From contig CAZXZO010000006.1 in NCBI GenBank assembly GCA_964645485.1, positions 62,798-75,232 of the forward strand: DNA of 12,435 nt, given 5' to 3'. Position 1 is the first letter of the stretch, and each line of letters opens with the position of its first letter. This document shows, piece after piece, positions 1 to 8,200 of this stretch. Made by a program: the position numbers and the translations under genes. The DNA is from an uncultured Candidatus Poseidoniales archaeon (lineage in GTDB: Archaea; Thermoplasmatota; Poseidoniia; Poseidoniales; Thalassarchaeaceae). The notes under the pieces were generated by a model. The model saw only the letters and a list, made by a program, of their open reading frames with translations. It was not told the origin of the DNA and did not search any database.

Positions 1-682
1 CATCTGTACCAACTACGAAAGACCCACCATTAAAAGTTGGAGATGCCAAGTCAAGGACTAGAACACTAGAGGTGTTGATATCCGTGAAACTCATCTCAGT
101 GAGAGTTGGGCTCGCCCCATCAAGAATGAATGCAGCCCATCGAATTTGTGCTACATCAGCAACATATCGGGGCATACCATACGCATTTTCAACTGCTACA
201 TGATTGAAACTGGTTTGTGCAATATCAATTGTATCGCGAACTAAAACGCCTTCGAAACATGAAGGATCTGCATTCCACAATGGCTGACCACTTGCTGGGT
301 TCATCATTCTGTAACAACGACCTGTAGCAGATTCATTTGCTGGAGTTGCCCATCGCAAAGTTACTTTGCTTGAATTGCTACCCATTCCATTAGCACCACA
401 GGATGTATCTGCAGCACACAAGTTACCTTTGACATCCAAGTATGTACCATTGGGGAATGTCACTGTTGTCCCTGGCTGAATAATCAATTTAGCGCCCGGT
501 GCAATCTCAACATCACCTGTCAAAGTGTGGCCACCTTGCCAAATCTCAGTTCCGGTAATCGTACCACTTGTAGTTTCATTACTTGCTACTACAGTGGGTG
601 TCAAAGTGACTAATGCAGTCATCGTGCTCATCACAAATAAAGAGACTAGCAGAAGACTTGTGGTTCGGTTATTCATTTCCAT
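1..682 (-). CDS. Secreted/cell-surface protein, N-terminal part (runs off the window); probable right-handed beta-helix-type passenger
   Basis: Manual translation from ATG at 682 is open to the window edge (227 codons): MEMNNRTTSLLLVSLFVMSTMTALVTLTPTVVA-SNETTSGTITGTEIWQGGHTLTGDVEIAPGAKLIIQPGTTVTFPNGTYLDVKGNLC... It has a Sec-type signal peptide. The 'W..G.HTLTGDV.I..GA.L.I.PGT.V.F' pattern is typical of N-termini of beta-helix surface proteins. Not in the ORF track. Confidence 0.85.
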   Translation of the reverse strand, partial: MEMNNRTTSLLLVSLFVMSTMTALVTLTPTVVASNETTSGTITGTEIWQGGHTLTGDVEIAPGAKLIIQPGTTVTFPNGTYLDVKGNLCAADTSCGANGMGSNSSKVTLRWATPANESATGRCYRMMNPASGQPLWNADPSCFEGVLVRDTIDIAQTSFNHVAVENAYGMPRYVADVAQIRWAAFILDGASPTLTEMSFTDINTSSVLVLDLASPTFNGGSFVVGTD

Positions 683-691
683 GACATCAAA

Positions 692-696
692 TCCTT
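692..696 (-). promoter_or_regulatory. Possible Shine-Dalgarno (AAGGA) for the surface-protein gene
   Basis: AAGGA lies 9 nt upstream of the ATG at 682 on the minus strand. Confidence 0.4.
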
Positions 697-723
697 GGTT
701 AAAACAGCCGTGAACGCTGCTTA

Positions 724-731
724 GTTATAAA
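724..731 (-). promoter_or_regulatory. Candidate archaeal TATA box (TTTATAAC) for the surface-protein gene
   Basis: TTTATAAC lies about 42 nt upstream of the ATG at 682 in an AT-rich intergenic region. A second TTATAAA is at 806-812. Confidence 0.45.
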
Positions 732-753
732 AAAACGCCTTACTGCAATTGCA

Positions 754-820
754 ATAATATCAAAATCATGATTAAAATATCACAGCAAATTGCCGTCTTT
801 ACACCTTTATAATATCAAAA
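754..820. repeat. 12-bp direct repeat ATAATATCAAAA (754-765, 809-820) with a third partial copy AATATCA (776-782)
   Basis: Exact match read directly from the sequence; the two full copies are 55 bp apart. Confidence 0.7.
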
Positions 821-866
821 AGTAACTATTTGTATCACTGTAAATGGGTGTTTTGCACGACCATTT
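816..866 (-). terminator. Possible terminator after the subtilase gene: hairpin plus T-tract
   Basis: Immediately after the TGA at 868 the minus strand reads AAATGG-TC-GTG-CAAAA-CAC-CCATTT (842-866, a bulged stem), followed by TTTTTG at 816-821. Confidence 0.35.
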
Positions 867-867
867 C

Positions 868-2121
868 TCACAGTCTTGCTCCAACAGCGTCTGACCAAGC
901 ATCAGCATTTAGTGAGCCATACCCATACCTCAAATGATGCTCACCTGGCGCTTGGAAAACCCCTGGTTCTGATGAGTTGGCTAGAGCCGCCTTCACTAAT
1001 TGAATGGGTGTACGGTCGCCTTGGTGGGTAGGACTGAGCCCCGGGTTGCCGTTGTATCTTTCAAGAATTAACGCAAGTGCACCTGTCACAAATACTGTCG
1101 AATCGCTAGTACCATCACTTCTCGACCAGGTTGCTCCTGTTCGTTGTGAAACAAATGTAGAGTGGATTTCAACCCCAGGAGCAACTACCTCTGGTTTCTG
1201 ATTTGGCCAAAGTCTATTCTCCCCAGATGCGTTGGTGGGTGAGCCGGAACTTGAATACTGCCAGAGGGAATTATTACGATGAACTGCACCAACTGCTATC
1301 ACACCATCAACATTAGCAGGCACAGTGACATCTGGGTAATCTTGGCCAGCACCTCCATGATTACCCGCTGCGGCAACAACGAAAATCCCATTGTCAAGAG
1401 CATCACTAACTGCACCTTCTGTTCTGCCACCAAATGTGGAAACTAAGTCTGGCTTGCCACCCAGACTCAAACTGATAATATCTGCTCCCATGGTTGTCCA
1501 GCACCATTCAATGGCATCCGCAACAGCGACTTCTGATCCCGAACCGCCATCAGCACCAAGAGCTGCCGCAACAATCAATTGTACATTTGGTGCTGCACCC
1601 ACAAATGAACCATTGGCAACAAGGATTCCTGCCATCATTGTCCCATGAGATTGCGTCAAGTCATTATCATGAGGGTTTCCTTCAGTTCCCTGAATGAAGT
1701 CTTTGAAACCTACAAGATTTACTCCTACTAAATCTGGATGCGTTGTATCTATTCCTGTATCAACGATACAAACACGTACCCCTTTACCACTATATCCGTC
1801 AGCGTTTAAGGTGCGTATCCCTGAATTTTCGTAGGCCCATTCCGATTCAGGAATGAACTCATCTAGATAACCTACTATGGAACTATAACTAATCATCAGT
1901 GCAACGATTAACCCAACCATCATCCATAACCCCCATGGGAGGTTTAACGGTGGTTTACGAGGTTTTACCGCATCTGCTTCCTTCCAGGCTTGAGGGTCCT
2001 TTTCCGCTGGCATCCCATATGCCTCCGCGGGGTATCCCGGTGCTCCCGGGTCAATTGTGGAAAGCATCCGCGGGTCTTCGGGTTCTGGCAGAAATTCAAC
2101 GCCTTCCAAACCCGGTATCAC
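868..2121 (-). CDS. S8 family (subtilisin-like) serine peptidase with an N-terminal membrane anchor
   Basis: Catalytic triad motifs are present: IVDTGID (D121), SHGTMMAG (H159) and DGTS (S339), plus the oxyanion-hole motif AAGN (N254) and KPEVVAPG. A hydrophobic helix spans aa ~63-86. The GTG start at 2121 is preceded by GGTGA, and an in-frame TAG at 2152-2154 closes the frame upstream. Confidence 0.93.
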   Translation of the reverse strand: MIPGLEGVEFLPEPEDPRMLSTIDPGAPGYPAEAYGMPAEKDPQAWKEADAVKPRKPPLNLPWGLWMMVGLIVALMISYSSIVGYLDEFIPESEWAYENSGIRTLNADGYSGKGVRVCIVDTGIDTTHPDLVGVNLVGFKDFIQGTEGNPHDNDLTQSHGTMMAGILVANGSFVGAAPNVQLIVAAALGADGGSGSEVAVADAIEWCWTTMGADIISLSLGGKPDLVSTFGGRTEGAVSDALDNGIFVVAAAGNHGGAGQDYPDVTVPANVDGVIAVGAVHRNNSLWQYSSSGSPTNASGENRLWPNQKPEVVAPGVEIHSTFVSQRTGATWSRSDGTSDSTVFVTGALALILERYNGNPGLSPTHQGDRTPIQLVKAALANSSEPGVFQAPGEHHLRYGYGSLNADAWSDAVGARL

Positions 2122-2125
2122 GGCC

Positions 2126-2130
2126 TCACC
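2126..2130 (-). promoter_or_regulatory. Shine-Dalgarno GGTGA for the subtilase
   Basis: The archaeal SD core GGTGA lies 4 nt upstream of the GTG at 2121. Confidence 0.55.
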
Positions 2131-2221
2131 CAGTCTCCGGTAAAGAAGGTGCTAAATGCACTCTTCGGCGTTTAGTTCTCCATTCACCCTAGTTATTGAC
2201 TAAGGATTAGGCTGTGTGTCA

Positions 2222-5200
2222 TCAGAATGGCATTTGTCCACTTATTGAATCACGGATTCTACGGAATCCTATGAATCCAAGGATAAATGCTGCTATGATA
2301 ATCAACGGTACCCAAACATTCACCGATTCCGGTGGTGGGGTTGCTACCTTCAACGCACGTGTGATACTTTCATCAGACTCTACGTCTAAATCAAGTCCAA
2401 ATTCACTCTGTAAAGTAAAGACGAAATTCTTGGTGCCAATTCCTACATCATCTAAATCTATGAAGAGAATGTACTCAGCACTCTCTCCAATAGCAATATC
2501 CTTTGATTCGGAGACGATATAAATATCATCATACCCTTCAATTGAGATATTAACTCGAATTGATTTAGCACCAACAAGACCTGTATTTTCTACTACGACA
2601 ATCATCTTATTGCTCTTTCCAGAAACTGCATCTTCGCCATTAAATGTCCCTGTGTTTTCTACTACGAAGTTTAGAACTGGCTTTGCAGCCTTCACCTGTA
2701 ATTCAATCGGGTCATATGCAGTACCATCAGTACTGTTGATGTTTAGGGTAAGTGTAAATGGTGTAGTATCAGCGCCTGCAGGTGCAAAGATGGTGAAGGA
2801 GTATGTTCTCTCCTCTCCGTGTGCCCAAGGTGATTCACTAGGTCCTGTAGCACTCCAACTCTCTGGTAACCATGATGTGTCAATATCAAAACCAAGCATA
2901 TCTTGGCCATTTCCTGTGTTCTTAATTACGAATTCAACACGCCTTTCCTCTCCCGGGAATACACCAATTGTATCTTCGGGTGATGAGATTATCTCAATTG
3001 AATAGGTCTGCGGAATGTGTACTTTTAAGACATATTCACTGAATGTACCTGTGGAATGAGTTGTCCGAAGTTTGATTACATGGCCTCCAGAAATTGATTG
3101 CGCATCCTCAACATCAGCAGTTGTCACACGCATTCGTATGGATGTAGTATCTTCTCCATCCAATCCAAGAGTTACAGGTGTTGTCTCGCTCCACATCTCT
3201 GTTCCATTTTCATCTGTTCCATTATAGAACTCAATATTCCAGTGGTCGCCATCTTCTGCGTCAAAGACAGTTCCAACTGTATATTCATCAAAGGCTTCAT
3301 TTCCGTTGTAAGTCAAATTGACAGTGAATTCAATCACTTGGTATGCAGATTCATTTGCGTATAATGCATTCACTTCTTCATTGCTATCATCTGTTTGCTC
3401 TGCTCCGCTAATTGAAGTCACATTGAAATCAATTGAATGCTCAAGGATTCTATTGTAATTGAATGTCGTTGCAGGGGCTTCTTGTTGAGCAGAAATTGAA
3501 CTTGTCAATCCAGCACGGTAAACCATTGCCATTCCTCGCTCGTTTGTCTCAAACACGCCATCGAGGTAGAGGTCGCCAGCAGGTAGCAAGAAATTAATCT
3601 CGCCGTTTGAATCCACTGTTTCATTCCAACTGATTGTACCCAAGATTGTAATCTTAATTTCAGGAGTACCGATTATTTCAGCACCAGCGACATTAGTCTC
3701 ACTAAGGTCGTGGCTCGCTCCTTCAAAGTCAATCCAATTTGTGCTGAGTGACATCGTCCCGCCTTGAATCATTGTTGAGTTTACATGTGTACCATCGTGA
3801 ACATCAGCCTCTACAATTGAGATGCCAACAATTCCTTCATCAACAACTGTAGCAGAGAGAATCCAATCACCTGGTTCAACATCAGCAATCCACTCACCGT
3901 CCCAAGAACCATCAGTAGCCATAACCTTAGTTGGGGTACGGGAATCTCTTTCAATTCCTGATGCTGGCATTAGGGTTAGAACTACATCATCTGAAAAGTC
4001 ATCCCACAATTCCATTTGCACATAATCAACCAATCCGGATATTGTCACATTTCCAGCAGTTAACTCAAGATCTGTTGAGTTGGAAACGGTTGATACTTGA
4101 GCAACGATTGATACCGAGGAGAAACCAAGTTGAGATGCTTCAACAGAGTAATTGTTTACGGATGGAACAAATAATTGCCATGTCCCGTATGCAGAACTTG
4201 TCAAGTTGACTGGTTCATCAAGGCCACCACCAAAGACAGTGATGTTTGCACCTTCAACACCTTCATTGAAATCGTACTCGTCATCCGAATCTAAATCCCA
4301 GAACAGGTTTCCTCCAAGAGTAACCCAATGTTCAACTGAGAAATTGATGTTTGACAGATTTTGGCCAGCAGACAATGTCGCTAGTTGTTGGTCTTCCAAG
4401 ACCCACCTATCCATCGATTCTGTGCGGTTAAGTGAAACTACCCAATCTCCGGGGTACAAATAACCTACCATATTGCCTTGGTCATCAGTGTATGGCAGAA
4501 CTACCTCGCCATAACCATCTGAACTAGTTGCAGTTAATGAGAAACCGGTTAGTGGGTCTCCTGTATCACCTTCTGAAAGATGAATTGCTACCTCAGATGA
4601 TTCTAATGATCGCCATAACAAACCAGTTCTAGATGAGGTTTCATTTGCTGAAATAGCGCCTCTAAATTGCTCGTATGTGTCCGAAACCAAAGTTCGGTCA
4701 ACTACAACAATCCAATCACCTTCAGGTATGTAATCTGAAATTGTACCATTTTCATCTGCTACGATTTGGAATGACTTTTCTGAATCAACCGAATTAAAGG
4801 TGACTGACAAATTATCTAGCACACCTCCTGATTGGTTAATTAGGCTGGCTTCCACCTTCCATGATGGTTCAAGTATCAATTCAGTAAACACTGTAGTTGT
4901 ATTGTCCAAACCTAATTCAAGAATGAGGTCATTGTCAATAAGAACAGTATCAAAGTCTGAACCATTTATCTTATTTTGTGCATCAATTGCAATAGTGTAA
5001 ACACCTGGCTGCAATGAAGTCTCAATACTTCCGTTAGCCATTTGCTCTGCACTAATGTTGAGTCTTGTACCAACACTTCCTCCAGATATTGGCACGAAGG
5101 CAAAATCAATCTCTACCAAAGTGCCATTCGTGATATTTCCATCAAGTGAATGGTCAAGGAAAGCAGAAACGTCAACAGTTACATTTGAAGGGTTGGCGAT

Positions 5201-8200
5201 AAGTTCTACATTGGAAATCTTCGCAATGTTTGAATCTGAAACCTCTACCTCTAATGCTTCAACGTTTAATCTCTCATCTGAAACATCAAATGTCCAGTTT
5301 CCTTCCATCAATTTCTGAGAAAAGCGTCCAGTCTCAGGGTCGATATCGAAGTACCAGTGTACATCTTGGTCAACTTGATATGCATGCAATTGCACATTCG
5401 CAAATCCAGGAACATGAGGAGTATATGCAGTTTGATTCTCAAACAGGTAAAGCATACCATCCACCAACATACCTTCCTCTACACGAAGAATAACCGGGGA
5501 AACATCATCAGATACAGTAAATTTGGTACCATTTGACATTTGGTTTGCAATAGATACAGTGGTCATATTCACCTCTACACCTTCAGGCAAGAGTACCGAG
5601 AAATTACCAGCCTCAGAACCATAACTTGTTTGCGTGGAAGTAGTAATACCGCCCCATTGGAATTTCACCTCAATATTTGGGACTCCTTCTTCGGGTGTTT
5701 CTGCTTTGCCAGTATCGACAAGAATTTGTCCTGTAACATTGATACTTCTCCTGAGCATCCAAGAAAGGTCGCTGACATCCTCTGTCAACTCAAATTCTTC
5801 CCACAACATCAGTTCACCACCAGATGAAGATGTATTGGCTACCCACTCACCTTCAGGTAATTCTACTCGATAAGTACCAGATTCATTGTCATAAATTGAT
5901 TCAACGTACTCATCGTCTGATAACAATACACTGTGGAAATTAATGATTTCATCAGTAACAGGTTCAACTGAACCTCCACCAAGGTCCTTCATCAGAGTGA
6001 ATTCCATATCATAATGCATAGGAATAGCAGCGTCATCGCTTGCCATAGTGAAATTCATCGGGTCGATTGTCGCAGTGATTGCTGCACGCCCATCACAGAA
6101 CTGAACCGTTGCTGGTGTCCTCCATGGTACACATTCGTTGAAACCATCGCCATCAGAATCCATCACCATCTCATATGAACCATCAGGAATTGGCCCATAA
6201 CCAAAGGAACCGTTTTCATCGGTTGTTATGATACAAGGTGCAAACAGAACCTCTGTACAAGGTTCAGTAGCCTCTTCATCAATGCTAACTTCAGTTAAGT
6301 AAAGGTCAGTATTTGCAACTGGTTCTCCATCAAACCAAGCTAAATCACCGTCAATCCAAGACCCTGGAAGGTGTAATTCAACACCACTAGTTGCGGTTGT
6401 TTCAACTTCAAGAGGAGTGCTCAACCTTGTGATATTTCCATTAGGAAGAACAACAAATACTCGATAAGAGCCAGGTAGGGCGTCGACTAGATGGAATGAA
6501 CCCGGCTCAACCATTGAACCACTGAAAATTCCAGCACCGCTAAATGTCCCGCTGCCGTTGATTGTTCCAAATGTGTCAAGACTCTCATCCGTTCCATCGG
6601 TGAAGAAAATACCGTTGCCAACAAGGGTTTCACGATATAAATCGGCTGTGTAATCAACGGAACCATTTGCAGTAACTTTTCCTGTTCCATCAAAAGTTCC
6701 TGAGAATAGATATGTCACTGGGTCCGAACCCTCTAGTGAACACATTTCAGAGGATTCAGGAATTGTTTCATTTACACACGTAGGGATTGTTCCACTACTG
6801 GTGATATCACCAACGAATTGGCCATCCCCAGAGAACGTGCCAACACCCGTAAATGAGTGATTATTTGCAATCTGTCTTGTGTAATTTCCAGTGAAATCAG
6901 AAACCAATACATCGCCATCAGTTACTACCAAACCTGCGCCAGTAAAGGTCACCTCTCCTTCGCCACGGAAAACACGAGGGTGTTCATCGGTGGACGTAAC
7001 TGTACCGTTAGTAGTCCAAATGTGCTCCAATTCTTCTTCAGTCCAGATATCGGTGAAAATTAATTCGTGATCACTCAAAGGCAAGCCATTGAATGAGGAA
7101 TGTCCTTCCCAAGTAACAATTCCTGTTGCGCTGGATGCTTCTATGGTCATTGACTTTGAAATAACTGCGCCACCATTGGTATCTGCTTGTGCACCGGTGA
7201 CATTGAAATCCATTTCTCCAAGTAATTTTCCACCACTAACATTTGCTAGAATACCTGTAATTGGATTAACTTCCCTAACATCCCCAGTTGATTCCCCGAG
7301 GATGTCGGCAAACCACTCTTGCCAATCCTGGAAACTGTTTTGTGCTGAGACGATTGCATCTCGGTCCTGATTACGCAAAACCTGTTCATCCTCAGCAAAT
7401 CCTGAAAACGCTGTTACACGAATGTGACCTGCTGGTACACGGAACTCAAATCGTCCATTTTCATCGGCATCAACAGTGCCAATAGGAATCCAATATTCTC
7501 TAGGGTCTTCATCAAAGATGTCTTCGCCACTGTAAGCGTCACGTTCAATCAAAAGGCGAGCCTTAGGAACAACTCCGAAGTCTCCTAATTTCACTTCACC
7601 ACTGAGGGTCGCACCACTGTAGTACTTGAGTATCTTTACTCCTGTGTTAGCATCGTACCAAGGGGTTGTTTCAGTTGCTTCTTCATTATACCAATTTGCG
7701 ATAACAAAGTTTGGCATCATAGCACCTGGAAGCGGGTATGCATATTGTAAACTGCTATTTGAGCTGCCTCTCAAGTCAAAGTGTTGACCTGGTTGAGCAA
7801 TCTTTCCAGGGATTCCCAATTGTGGGCTACCATATCCAATATAGGTGCGCGCAACCATGGTATCGAAGAATTCTGGCTCTTGGTCAACTCGCAAATCAAC
7901 CGCTTGAATAATATCTACATCTTGTGATTCACTCATGACAATATCATTCTTGTATTGCTCTTCATATTCTGCTTGTGTCATGTCCACAACGAAATTAGAA
8001 CTGCCTCTTTGAGTAACATACCATGTCTTCATGTATGTCTCAGGGTCAAGACCTGCAAGTGTGGTTGGTGCATAGAAAATACCTGTTGGATTTCCACCAC
8101 TGGTCTGATATGACCCGCCGGTAGGATAGAGACGATTGTCAACACCGAAATAACGAATGTCGTGATTTCGAGTTATTGTGTCGCCTGGGCTTCCTTCTGA

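Noticed and set aside
683-867. CRISPR, tRNA or IS ends in the AT-rich intergenic region
   Set aside because: There is no regularly spaced repeat-spacer array, cloverleaf, terminal inverted repeat pair or transposase.
1081-1113. Subtilase as a catalytically dead pseudo-enzyme
   Set aside because: The Asp, His, Ser and oxyanion Asn are all present.
2122-2187. In-frame TAG (2152-2154) between an upstream GTG (2187) and the subtilase start, suggesting possible readthrough or pyrrolysine; also a mini-ORF MEN* at 2172-2183
   Set aside because: There is no pyl context in the window, the GTG at 2121 has its own SD, and the mini-ORF has no SD spacing.
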